A DNA stretch of 64,000 bases, taken from the NCBI RefSeq assembly GCF_009914755.1, contig NC_060930.1; one strand, 5' to 3'. This document shows, one piece after another, positions 37,382 through 51,800 of this stretch. The notes below the pieces were generated by a model. That model was not told the origin of the DNA. It searched no databases and was given only the letters and a program-made list of their open reading frames with translations. The stretch comes from the human T2T-CHM13v2.0 reference genome, Homo sapiens. The first letter of the stretch is position 1. The number at the start of each line of letters is the position of its first letter. Position numbers and translations under genes: made by a program.

Positions 37382-40300
37382 TTTATATTTTATAACGTTC
37401 TTCTTCTCTGTAATGAGTTGTTGATTGCAATTTGTTTTCTGTTAGATTGATTTCCACATGAGAATTTGACACTGTTAAACTAAATTTAAGTATGTTGATT
37501 GAATGAACAAAGATATTAAACTATTTACTTATTCTTGTTGCCAGGTCTCCCATAACAGAGCTGAAGAAACTAATGAAGGAGTACGAGAAAGCCCCAGATG
37601 GTTTTCAAGAGGCAGCTTCTGAGGGAATTTGTAAAAACTATTCTCTCCAGTATTTGTCACACACTTTAAAGTTCATGTCTTACATGTTCCCTTGCTCTCG
37701 CTACCTCCATTTTGTTTTCTTTCACAAGGTAGAACATACAAAGTGGAATATTTTATTTATCTCAGGCATTCTCAGAGAGAAAACTGCTTATGCCGATTTT
37801 GTTTGTCTAAACATTTTATTTTCCTCTTAGATCTGATCCTAATTTTACAGCAATCTTGGCTTGGAGCTAAAGATATACCAACCGCTAAATTCAGAATTGT
37901 TGTGACTTGATAGACACCAGGGGAGATACTATTTTTGTTCTTCTTTAGACATTGTATTTTCTATTCCTTCCCTTCTACATTTTAGGCTTTTAAAAATATA
38001 AGTAGCCATGCTGTTTATGTTACAGGGACAAGGGCTACAGAGGTGGGATAAAACAGTGATATGGTTTGATTTCTCCCTCCCTTAGTCATCAATATCATTT
38101 CATGTTATTAGATTTGATATTAGTATGTAACAGAAAGAATACTGAAGAGGATACTTCTCAGTCACCTAACTTCTTTTAGGCCCTTTTTTTCCCATCTGTG
38201 AAATGGGTAGATTGTACTAAACAAGGTTATCTAAGCCCCCTTCCAGCTGTGTGGCTCCTGTGTCTTTCTCTGAAGTTAACTGGGAGCATATTTATCATCT
38301 GAAAGGGATTTGTAGACCAATATGGAAGTAATGCAAACACAAAGCTCATGTTTTCATGTTTCCAAAGCCAACTCTGGCTTAATTGGGGCTCTTCAGTCTT
38401 GCAGTAAATCCAACGCCATTAGCTATGCGGGGGAGCTCTTCCTGGGCCTCTGTGGACTTTCTACAGTACGCACTTCTCTGCCCTTGGAGGACCGCAAGAC
38501 ACACATTTCCATAACCCACTCAATTGTGCCAGGCTAAAAGGTGCTATAGCTGGATCTTTCTACAATTTTGTGTTCTCCCCAAAGTACTTTTAAGAGAGCA
38601 GCAATTTTGGAAACACTACACATGCGCATTTAATTGGTATGTGGACTTCTGAGTTCAAATAAGGAGCTTTCCATTGAAGAGTGAACCAAAAAAAAAAAAA
38701 AAAAAAAATCATAAAGGCTACTATTAGAGCCAGTTGCCCTGAGAAAGTTCTTTTACCTTCCTTCTTTCATTTTATTTTTCAGGAGATCAAAGTGAGCATA
38801 ATTGGGGGGAATCTTGGAAGTGTGGTCTGTCCTTGCTGTCTTTCTGCCTGCCTGTCAGTGATAACAGTCATTTTGGAGTTAGTCACCTCCTAATTAAGCA
38901 GCCTTCAGAAACAAGGACCCAGGGACAGATTCTGGCTCTGCTTCTGCAGCCAGAATTTGGCTGCAAACTTTTAAACCTGTGGTCTGATTTCTGTAGAAGG
39001 ATCGTTGACTCTGGCACCCTGTGTGTGCCACGCATTTGTAAATCACATTAAATCCTGTCAGGCAGGGCTGGGGATGCAGCTTCCCTGAAGCTCCCAGAGC
39101 CTCAGGGGGAACTGGTTAGGAGCAATCCTTGAGGGGTCAGGACTGAAGAGTTTGTGCCTTTAGGGCTATTCTCAAGCCTGGGTCTCCAAATCTTTATTTT
39201 CTGGGCACCCTTATTCTGTGCTCTCTCCTCTCACCCTGCCCTTGTTATGTTTATTGATGTTTGTAGACTAATTTTAGCAACTCATCAGGAGCTGCACTCG
39301 GCTAATTGTTCACTCCTGGAACCTGGCAGAAGCAAGCTGCCGACTCTGCCAGGGAGAGCTGCCTGGGTCACTATTTAGACACCCCTTGATGGAAGCTGGA
39401 GCTCAAAGTACTACTTTTCAATTGGAAGGGTCTTCAAGGTCTGCTGTGGACCAGGGACTCCAGAAAGATCTGCATTAATAAGAACGAAGAGGCTGTGAAA
39501 CTATGATTTTTATACCCATGGGGTTATAGGTCCCTGAAAATGATTTATTAGTGGTTGAAGAATGCTCCGGCAGCTCTTATCATAGGCAGACAAGCAGGAA
39601 GGCAGGAAGCCAAAAGAAGAGTTCCTGTCACTGCATTTTCCGTGATGTCCTTGATTACAGATACCATTGTTTTGCCTCTTCCCTCCTCCTCCCTCGCCTT
39701 CTTCCACCAGTCTCTAATTACATCCTTTAATGATTTGACCAATTAAAGCCTGCAGTTCAGCTTACAGGGGAACGGATGAGAAATTAGAGGTTGGCATGCA
39801 AACTTCGATGTGGTCGCACTTTTTCCAAGGTTACACACCTCTATTAAGCCAGCAGGCTATTTGAAATGCAGCATAATGGGCGATGCTAATAAAATAAGCG
39901 CAGGGACATTTTCAGCTGCTCCCAAGTGAATCTACCAGAAGAAGAAAATGTGAAAAGCAGAGGTGTTTGCATGAAACCAAGGCTTAGCATTTTTTTTCCT
40001 CCCAAAAGCGCAGTTGCCAGACGCATTTCTTCGTTCATGTGAAATGTAATAATTGCTTTGTCAGGGTTTGGGAGAAGCAGAGAGCTTTCTCCCCAGCCTC
40101 CTGCATTTGCAGGGAGTGGAAACACCGCAGCTCTGCTGGTCGCCATGGAGGAGTGGGATGAGCGGCACTTTGCTCTGGGTTGCAGTTCTGACCCTGCTGG
40201 GGGAGCCCCAGGAGATATCTGGGAGCCTGGCAAAGCAGTGGGGTTCAGGAGGAAGGGGGCCGGAGAGAACACTTGATTGTCTCCAGGGATGTGTGAGGGA

Positions 40301-40519
40301 AAGAGGGAGAAAGAGCACCCTGCTTTCTCTGGTTGCAGCAGAATGTGAATGTATTATCTTGGACAATTGACATTGTTTGAATCTTTTCCCTCCCCACACT
40401 CTGTTCAGTCCACCCCAGACTGCTCATGACTCCCTGAACAACTCATGCATATGTGTCCTGTACCATTCCCAGTGATTCCTTCAACCTCTCTTGCCTGCTG
40501 GCTCTCACTTATCCTCAGT

Positions 40520-41341
<822 letters not shown>

Positions 41342-41575
41342 TAACTCCACAGAAGAAAGAGCATGAGGAACTTCTCAGATATCACACTACCAATCAGTAG
41401 CAGGGGTATAAAATAATTTGGTTACCTGATTTTAGTCAACAGCTGCTTATACTAAATTATACTCCATCCTAAAACAGCCCTGACCACACTAGTTTCAGAA
41501 AGTTATAGCTGCTTTCAGGGTATCTTTAACACGGGGGATATTCATTATACGTTTCTAATGCATTGGTATTATTGA

Positions 41576-42046
<471 letters not shown>

Positions 42047-42189
42047 TAGAGTTCAAGTCTGTCTTAAAGCTATTGTATTGTGATAATATTCTTGCCATTT
42101 TACTGTGTTATGCAGAAATCAAGCTATTTAAGATTTTAAAGGAAGCCTGGAGATTCCTTGAATTGCTTCTGTGATGAGCCTATCAAGGA

Positions 42190-42325
42190 GCGATCTGGTC
42201 TCTGTTTGGACATCACCCATGATGGGGAATTCAGTATTCTTAGGGGAGCTTCATTCTAATTTTAGATAATTTTCAAGGTGCGGAAAAGATTTCCATTCCT
42301 GAGCCAAAATTTCTTTCCCTGAGTC
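42190..42325. mobile_element. L3/CR1 fragment
   Basis: tgatggggaattcagta...ttctaattttagataa...tgagccaaaat resembles L3. Confidence 0.5.
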
Positions 42326-43450
42326 TTTATTCCTTCATGCATTCGCTCATTCATGAACGGTTATTGGTGCCTACGCATACTCAGCACTACTGTGGGCCTT
42401 GGAATACAAAGATGAACCAGCCTTATTTCCTCCCCTTTATCTCTGAGCTGGTTTTCTCTAGGACACGATGTCTTTTTACTCTTATTTCCTAACAAACCAC
42501 AAAGACCTTTTACAAAGCAGTTCTCAGGTTGGTTTAATCCAGCGTTGAAGACAGTCACTGGGAGCATCTTCCCCTCATGTCTCACTGCACCCCCAAAGTT
42601 GTGTTAATTGGCACTCGGGCACCGTCTGTCATGTCTTGTTGCTTAATTAAATTCACATTTGTTTTGAGTGTTCCTTTTACTCTGCTTTTTTTTTTATGCA
42701 TGAGAGGATAAAAACAAATGAGGAAAACATTTTATAGTTAAATTAGTTTGAGAGAAACAGTCCTGAATCATAACTCCTTATCGCTCAGATAGCCTTTTAT
42801 TTCAATGTCTTTGTTTTCCAGCAAAACCACAAGCTGGTTGATGACTGCTCCTCCTCCTTTCTTCCTCATCAGAGTTTAACCTTGGCCTTGGGTGCTAATT
42901 TCTAGTGCCTTCCTCTTAAATTAGAAATATAATAATAGCAATAACACTTTATATGCCGATAAAGCTTCATGTCTTTTCAAGACCCTTTTATGTCCATTAC
43001 CTCACTATGATTCAGAACTTGGCTCACATGATCTTTCTTTTCTTTTTTCTTTTTTATTGCCCACAATACTATTTGACAGTCATTTTCCTACGACTGTGAA
43101 TGAGATTTTGAACAGAGGTCAATTTTATTTCCAAAGTGAATTATATTGAATAACAAAGTGTCCCTTTTTCAAGTAAGTATTTATTATTGTATTATTAACA
43201 AGCTTAACTATTCGCAAATGAAGTTTCACCAACTTTTCTTTGACCAATTGAGGTCTTGGTAGGGGAAAACGTATAGGTAAGTATAAATTGAAAATGTAAA
43301 AACCCATTTGTGTAAGGTTTACAGGGTCAGATAAAGGGCAAAGTTTTCTTTTACCTGAGGGTGAGACTTGGGGAAGGCAGAGTTAAAACAAAACTATGAA
43401 GTTAGGCATCAGATATTGTAAAATCCATTGAGCAATTAATAAGTACTTAC

Positions 43451-43535
43451 TTGCATTAACAGCTATCCCATAGGCGACCAGTTTGTGAAATCTGAGGTTT
43501 TTGTCTAATTGCCTCCTCCACGGTCCTCTGCAGCA
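43451..43535 (-). CDS. NOX3: NOX3 exon 4 ([28 protein letters not shown]; heme His102)
   Basis: Acceptor CTCTAG, donor GTAAGT; 85 nt; LDKNLxFHK motif. Confidence 0.97.
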
Positions 43536-43945
43536 CTAGAGTAACAAAAAAATATGCCTGATTTATGGAAAAATTGCAGTGAAAACAATCTCATGAAAGT
43601 TAAGAGAGTAGGAATCAGGCTCTGCCTCTAAACTGCTTAAAGTGGGGCTATGTGACACAAAAGTTAATGGCCATTAGTCAAACAGGCAAATCAAAAGGTT
43701 ATTAGTTGCTTTGCTGAACTCTCAACTCAAAAATGATTGACTTATTAGTTCTCTGTTTATAATTCAAAACTCTTGAATAAGCCTGCCAAAATACATGCCT
43801 CACTCAGCTTCTTTGTTTAAAAATTTAAGGTAATAGCCATCATCCTCATTCATGTGTTTTAGGTAGTCTGAAAATTATTCCTACATATACAAAGGCAAAT
43901 ATGCATCTATATATAAATATTCATAAAATCATGATGATGATTATA

Positions 43946-44303
43946 CAGGCATACCTCGGAGATATTGTGGGTTTGATTTCAGACCACTGCAATAAAGCAA
44001 ATATTGCAATAAAGCAAGTCACACAAAAGTTTTGATTTCCCAGTGCATATAAAAGTTATATTTATACCATCCTGTAGTCTATTAAGTGTGCAATAGCATT
44101 ATGTCTAAAAAAAGTACATGCTTTAATTAAAAAACACTTTATTGCTAAAAAAGACACAGAGACACAAAGTGAGCACATGGTATTGGAAAAAATGGCGCTA
44201 GTATACTTGCTCCACACAGGGTTGCCAGAAGTCTTCAATTTGTAAAAACCATAGTATCTGAGAAGAACAATAAGGGGAAGTGCAATAAAATGAGGGATGC
44301 CTG
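43946..44303 (-). mobile_element. Internally deleted Tigger1 (both termini retained)
   Basis: TIRs caggcatacctc / gagggatgcctg; TA on the left; both Tigger1 ends recognisable. Confidence 0.85.
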
Positions 44304-44857
44304 CATAATACAGTATTTTACCTGGTAAAAGTTTTTGAAGGTCTCATTCTCTGCATGCTATTTTGTTTGACAGGAAGCACAGGTAAGTTCCCAACACAGT
44401 GAAATCAATATAATTGAGAAATATCCCATTATGTTTGGTAGAGGTTAAAATCTACATAATAAAATCTATGTACTGTGATTATGCTTTTGTGGGTGAGAAC
44501 CCAGAGAGATGTTTCCTGGTGGCGTTTGTCTCAAAAGCTTATCTGTCTTCTTTCAGTCAGAAACAATGATGGTTCCAGCTATTATAATGCTTCCATCTTC
44601 ATGGGGCAAATATATCAGGAAACTGTTTAGCAATGAGTTGAGTGTCATGTAGGAAATCAATGGCAACAGCCAAAGCCAAATCAGATAGATGTACTGATTA
44701 CCGTTTTTCTGTCTTAGCCTTTCTGTTATCTCTAACAAAGAAACCCAAGTTTAAACAGAATTACTGAGAATTTCATAATAAAGTACATTTTTTTTCAATG
44801 GCACTTATATGAGGAAGTCGTAACAGTTGAGATTATTTCAGATATTTTAGTACTTAC

Positions 44858-44968
44858 AATACTTGTTCCTCTTATGAATGAAATAAGGTTTCGACTGACA
44901 GGTATTAGAATTAGCATGCAGTTAAAATTCAGGCACAGTGCGGATGCTCGTGCCCAAGCCAGTGTTGA
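44858..44968 (-). CDS. NOX3: NOX3 exon 3 (aa 49-85, [37 protein letters not shown])
   Basis: Acceptor GACAG, donor GTAAGT; 111 nt; conserved NOX motif [16 protein letters not shown]; preceded by a 112-nt intron. Confidence 0.98.
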
Positions 44969-45080
44969 CTGTCCACATGTAAAGACATAAAAAAGAGATT
45001 CAGGGAAAACAAGGATCCAGGGAAAATAAAATGCATTTTGTTTTCTGAAAAAATAATGTTTAATCATAAACTGTACTTAC

Positions 45081-45176
45081 ACCCAAAATAACTCGTGTGT
45101 AATGGAAAGACTCCTCCTCTTCATACCAGTAGAACGTGTCAATAAACAGATAAAAATTTATTCCCAGCCATGAGAG
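45081..45176 (-). CDS. NOX3: NOX3 exon 2 (aa 17-48, LSWLGINF...TRVILG)
   Basis: Acceptor CTCTAG, donor GTAAGT; 96 nt, phase 0/0. Confidence 0.97.
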
Positions 45177-45799
45177 CTAGAGTAGAAAGGAAAGAGAACC
45201 AATGATTACTACCTTCAAGCTTTTTCTCTATTCAAAATCACTTGGGGTTCTTCTTTTAAAGTGGAATGAAGAGCTTCTCAATATTAATCAGAATTACTCC
45301 ACATATTTATTTCTCATAGATTAGTTTTTAATAGGATTATGATGGTAATACATTATTACCTTTATTAAAAAGATTTTAAACACATATGAGTCAACTTTAA
45401 GTGATTTAATGAAACTACAAAACCTTCTTAATCAACGTTGCTTGACAATGATGTCAAGAAGGAAGAAATCTTTAAAAACAACTCCGAGAGTTCTCTAGAA
45501 AAGTTCCAATTTCATAGTCTAATTCAAAGACTTCATTTGATTTAGAGAAACACTCATACATTATGCAAAAACAAACTACTTGACTTTAAAAATAATTAAA
45601 AATGAGCTCAATCGGAAAACAACTTTGCATGATTCTATAAGGGGAAATTAAATACATCTACTGAATGTTTTCTAACAAGTTTTAGTCTTTTAACTAGAGT
45701 AATACTTCAAGCTATTTAGCGTTCCTATACAAGTTTTCCTAAAAATCAAAGACTATTCAATCTATATATTTAAAGTTGAATAACAAAAATGATACTTAC

Positions 45800-45847
45800 T
45801 ACTAATATGGTGGAGAGACCCTCATTCAAAATCCAGCACCCCATCAT
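45800..45847 (-). CDS. NOX3: NOX3 coding exon 1 (aa 1-16, MMGCWILNEGLSTILV)
   Basis: ATGATG start; donor GTA|GTAAGT at 45799; 48 nt. Confidence 0.96.
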
Positions 45848-46110
45848 GATACTTGTTGCTCTTCGGCTGTCAGGAAATTTCTTCTCCCTCACCTGTGTCT
45901 GGATGTTGGGTCGTTAGTAAGGGCTTCCCTAGTAAATTATTTTGTCTTTGTGTCATAGGAAGCACCTGCAGGGAGCAGCTCTCGAGGAATTTCTAATTAA
46001 GGACTTCTTGCCAAAGGCACATCACCACACTGACATGCCTCATGACCTGGGTAAATACAAGGCAAGTCTCTGTCTAATGATTCCTTTCGTCAGAGATTTT
46101 ATAAGAAAAG
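45848..46110 (-). promoter_or_regulatory. NOX3: NOX3 5'UTR / proximal promoter (CpG-poor; candidate TATAAAA at 46097-46103)
   Basis: Immediately upstream of the ATG; TATAAAA, TGACG half-site, GTAAATA forkhead-type site and AGGTCA half-site present; TSS cannot be fixed from sequence. Confidence 0.5.
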
Positions 46111-46272
46111 AAAGCTGGTTTTATTAAATTGTCCTCATGTACTTTATACCCGTTCATTTTCTACATGATTGCAGTCAAGATGATAGTAAGTCTTTATGTA
46201 AATCTGAGAAATAACCTAAGTGCTGAAGGCTGCATATAGCAAAGCTCTTTCTCTATTTGTTATTTTTTCCAC

Positions 46273-46571
46273 TTTTTTTTTTTTTTTTTGAGACAGAATC
46301 TTGCTGTTTTACCCAGGCTGGAGTGAAGTGGTACGATCTGGGCTCACTGCAACCTCTGCCCCCTGGGTTTAACGGATTCTTCTGCCTCAGCCTCCTGGGT
46401 AGTTGGGATTACAGGTGTGCACCATCACGCCCGGCTAATTTTTGCATTTTTAGTAGTGATGGGGTTTTGCCATGTTGGCCAGGCTGGTCTGGAACTCCTG
46501 ACCTCAGGTGATCCACCTGCCTTGACCTCCCAAAGTGCTGGGATTACAGGCGTGAGCCACCGCAACCAGCC
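46273..46571 (-). mobile_element. Alu (AluS-like) just upstream of the NOX3 promoter
   Basis: Alu consensus; TSD tattttttccactt. Confidence 0.96.
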
Positions 46572-47502
46572 ATATTTTTTCCACTTCTTTAATTCCTTTT
46601 CCCCTCTTTCAAAAAAGCTCTCTATAGAAGACAAAGAGTGTGGGCTAAATGAACATGAATTAAACCGTCTTTCAGAAGATGGTGGAAAGAGATTCTAAAA
46701 AACATAAGATAGAAAACTCTCATATAAATCTAAAAGTGTGACTATAAAAAATGAACTTTTTTGTGGGACTGATGTAATACGTGTCATTAATCACACTTGG
46801 TGCACCCATGAGGCAAGTGCAAATATCCTTTCATACTCCAGTCACCCCAGGAGTGGCTGCACGGGAAGCCTCGTCTATCTCTGATTTTGTGTAAGTCATA
46901 GTTGTTCAATATAGTGACCATAATTCTACTCTGCTAGGCAAAATTGTCCTAACTGAAGCAATTTTCTGGCTGGTTTTGGCCCAAATATTTCCTTTAAATT
47001 TTTTAGACAAGATGAAAATAGGAGGAGAATCAATTTTGGAAAATCAAATCTCTCCTGTTAAAAACCTGGTAAGAGTAAGAATTGTGAATATTCATTTATC
47101 TTTATTTACCCAGGTACTATTAGGTTAAGGACTTTTCAAGTATTGTCAGTTAAATCATACATGGATTCTGTCAGGTCGATATTATGAGCCCCGTTACAGA
47201 AATGTGGAAACAAGCTTAAATGAAATAACTTGCAGTAGATAGGTGGTTGGGATTTGAATTCAGTTCTCTTTGACTGTAACATCTTCATTTCTAACCATTA
47301 CCTTATACTGTCTCTTTTATGAAATATTAATATATGGACCTGTGCACCAAAGCATACTGAATATACAGATATAAATTGCAGTGCTGTAAATAGGACATTT
47401 AACTTATGGGAATTTAATTACAAATACATGTTGCTATGTGTGATTAAGTACACTATTTCTACATAATGCCAATGAATTACAGAAAAATGGATGTTATTCT
47501 AT

Positions 47503-47915
47503 TGTATTAATAATGTTTTTTATTTTCTGCATTTTGGGGTGCATTGACATCTGAGGATCTTGCAGTCTTGGGGAGAAACTGCTCAAGTTAGGGTTAGCTC
47601 ATTCCTAGTGATAGAAAACAACTGGTTTGGGAGCATGTCTTTGATATGCAAACCAAACACAGTCCAAACCCCTAACCCTCTCTTTCATTAAACTCTCATA
47701 CATAGAATCAACCTTTCTCCTGCCTTTGATCACCTCAGAGCCAGGTACTGGACGAGAGACCAACCACACCTGTAGCCGAGGGCCTGCAGAATCTATTCAA
47801 ACTATCCAATCTTAAACCTCCTCCCCTGATTATACAAACTTGCCCCTTTCTTCCCGTGAAAGCCACAAAGAAGGCTCTGCCCCGTGTTCTCCCCTTGATC
47901 CTTCTGCCTCCTCAT
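47503..47915 (+). mobile_element. Old ERVL-type LTR fragment (MER54/MER73/MER74-like)
   Basis: ttcctagtgatag, gatatgcaaacc, gccaggtact, attcaaactatccaatc motifs; subfamily uncertain. Confidence 0.55.
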
Positions 47916-48595
47916 TCATCCTGGTTAAGTATTTTGACAAACAGGTGAGTTTTCTACTTGTCACCCAGCTCTGATGTGTTACCTCTTTTGATTCTCATTT
48001 TCCACATTAGTTTAATGGGACTAATAACACCTACCTTGTAGGGTCATTCCCATTCCCCCTTCACTCCTCATCTGCCTAATACATACACACACTCATAAAC
48101 ACACTCACACGTAAACAAGACGATGCTTCTTTTGGAGAAGTCTTGGACTGGCCCATAAAAAATATAGTAAATTGACTTCTTGGAAAGACATCGTTTTTTA
48201 GGGATTTTTTCACTGTAGAAATATATGAAAGCATAGGCATTTTTGGCAGCATTGACCTGAGATTAGAGTGCAGTTAGTAAGATATCTTTAGTAGCTTCTT
48301 TAACCGTGAGCAATATAAAAGATGTAAAGTCTTTATATTCATTTCTTTAAGCCAATAATCTTCCATGATAAAATGATTTGTTATTTCTGAAGTGTTTAGG
48401 ATTTACATATCTTAGAGGTCTTATTCAGTTGGGTTATAAAAATTAACTCAGAGAGAATACATCTAGAATTTTATACTATCTCTTCTATTTTAGATTCAAT
48501 GAGTGTGAGGAAGAGTTGAAATGTTCTTGCCTTCTGTGTTCTTTACACAGTGTTACAAAGGAGAGACTTATATTGCTGAATAATAATGTAGGGTT

Positions 48596-48896
<301 letters not shown>

Positions 48897-51800
48897 CTAT
48901 GGTCACACTTTTTTGTTCATTGCTTAGAATATTTCTAGTATTACAGTAAAAATAAAACAAAGTTTAGTTTTAAATATTAATCTTTACATGCTCCATCCTT
49001 ATTTCTAAATGTGATTTCTTTATTCCTCATTTTGAATATGTAAAGAACATTATGTTATGTTAAAGTGTAGCTATTATTCATTTACAGTATACAAAGATGG
49101 TTAACAATTGTATTATGGAAGTATAGCTCATGATTTAACTTGGGCATTTTTCTTCATAGATTTTATTTTTATAAAATTTGCAATGATGTTCATTCATATT
49201 GAATAATCATATGTGGACTTCAAATTATATTCAAATTCATTCAGAGCTCAACAGTTTTGTATAATTTATGAATATAATTTTTTTCAACTTTTCTATTTTT
49301 ATTAATACTTTTAAGAGTAACCTGATGACACCAATGATTGTTTTGCAATATTGGGATCAGACTTCCTAAGACTCATGATACCGTGTCTTCTGTCACACAC
49401 AAAAGTCCAACTCAGTTCCACCTGCGGGCTCCTTTACACGAGCACTCAGTTTTTATAAACAAGGTATTAGGTTGCTCTCATTATTTGTTAATTTACCTGG
49501 TGAAAATTCTGGGAGGCATATCATGCCCAGAGGTCAATCTCAGTTTTTACTTCATGGAAGGAATCTGTACAGATCACAGTTGAAATCAAGACTCTCAATC
49601 ACTTTCTAAGAAATGATTCCCAAGTTAATGGGGTTGTGTTTAAAGAGAAAGGGAATTGTACAAAAATCTACAGAAACAATATAAATGTTCAGATTTGATC
49701 TATTTTCACCTATTTGTTTTCATCACTAATAGGTAGTGCTCACTTCATTTCTCAGAATTTTCTCAGAACAAATGAAGTGAAATTTGCCTTGTTTCTGAGG
49801 TGGCTACTGGCTTTCTAATTAAATGGGTATATTCGTTGACTCTTCCAGCTCACCACAAAAGATGATGTGGGCTTTTTCCCTTGTAAATCTCACCAGTAAC
49901 AAACCTACTATAATGGAAAAAGTAGGAGGGAAACAGAACAAATACATTTACAAAAAGCAGGTTAATTGCTTGTGTATGTGAAAGCAAACTCTACACTAAC
50001 GATGCTACTTTCCTTGACTGGTTTTGCTCTATTATATTTTAGTTATTTTTAGTTCCTCAGTTGATCAGTTGACCTAACAAATAAATACTTTGATCTTCAA
50101 GAGCAAGATTGATCACCTAGTATATTTTGTTGCTGCCTCCTGTGATCTAGTTTCCCTGTGGATGTAGCAGAATTCATAACGTATAAAAATAGCATTGCAA
50201 AATTATTCTCTCCTAAGCATGAAATATGTTTTTGCCTTTTCCTAAAGCATTTATAAACATTTAAGTACTAAGGTGAACATTAATGGCAACAAAAGAAAAA
50301 ATGCAAACACATATAATCCCAGATCCTTACATGGTTATTTTGAGGAGTGTTTATTGTGATAATTATGTAATTATATTAGATAAATTATATGTTGGTTAAA
50401 TTTCATTTTTAAAGGAAAAGAAGAACAAAAGAAAAAAATCCATACATTAACATATATCTGATTTTTAAATAAAATTTAATTAATTTAAATTAGTATTTTA
50501 CCTTTGCTGAATTAAGTATATTAGGCTTTTATTTCAGAAAACACTGTATTCTCTTAATATCATTTAAAAGTGGCTTGCGTCACAAACTTAGTTTACATTA
50601 ACCACTGAAGCTTTCCCCCATATCTGTGGCATGATTCTTTCCTTTATCCAACTCTCACAGTCTCAAACAAATACTCTCTGAGTCCACTGCCTGCATCACA
50701 CAATCCTAGGCACAGCGGGTATTAGAGGTCTGGCTTCTCTATTTGGAAGCTTACAACGCAGCTGGGGAGGCCACAGGTACATGTGCAATGGCTGAAGAAT
50801 CATTTAAAGGTGAGGCTATCCTCAAGTGGTAGAAATTGCACAGCTGGGGGCTCCTGATACATGAAGAGATCTAGGTAAGAGCCTCCAGGGAGAATCCTTC
50901 AGATAAGGTGGATTGAGGTGGCTTTTATAAAAGAAAATAGTGTGAACAAGAGAAGGAGGAAAGTAAGTTTCAATCTCTAAGTTCTCTTGGAGTCTTGTTC
51001 ATGCTCCTAAAACATCAAGCAGCAGGGGAAAAACATCCCTGCCTCCATTCCTCTTCTTGTAGTCGCTTTTGGTCTGGTCTAAGCCCAGAATGCCTGTTTG
51101 GTTCCCTTCCCATTCTCCTACCCTCAACTTCATCATCGCTTACGTACGTTTGCAATGCATGTCTTCTCTCCATTTATCAAGTCACCTAAAACCTTTCTCA
51201 AAGTTGATGGGATAGCTGTTTCTGGTAGGGCGTTGATGCTAGGTTACCTGAGGATCCCAGTTCATAAGAGAACAGAGTTGACTAATTCATCATTTTTTAA
51301 CCCAAATTAAGTGGCACAATTCAGCCCCCAGTTCTGAAAGTTTTAAATGTTCAATTTTGAAATTTGGTGAAAGCCAGGATTATCATGCTCTTTAAGTGTT
51401 TTATATTGCGTCTAGCACATATTAGAACTTAATAAACATTTAATAATCCATATAGAACCACATTTACTTCTCTGCTTTTTGACACACAAGACACAGATAC
51501 AGTCCCAGGGATTTTCAAGGAGTCAGTGGTTTTCATGAAAGCGTAAAAGTGAAAGCAAAGTTTTCCTTTCTAGGCAGTGAATCATTTAACTTCTGAGTTC
51601 AGGAAAATTTAAAGTTTAAGAAGGCTAGTCTAGAAATCCCTTCTTTGCATATCCAAGCTGTTCATCTCTCAAAAGTCAAAGTGGATGCCAGAATTCCATA
51701 GATTTCATTTTTCAAGATGAACAGTCATATTTGAACATATTTCAAGCCAGATGGTTTACAGTTCATGTATTTGTTGGCGTTTTCCTGCCACAACAACTAA

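Noticed and set aside
38688-38708. Isolated A21 tract as a retrocopy tail
   Set aside because: No adjacent element body or TSD
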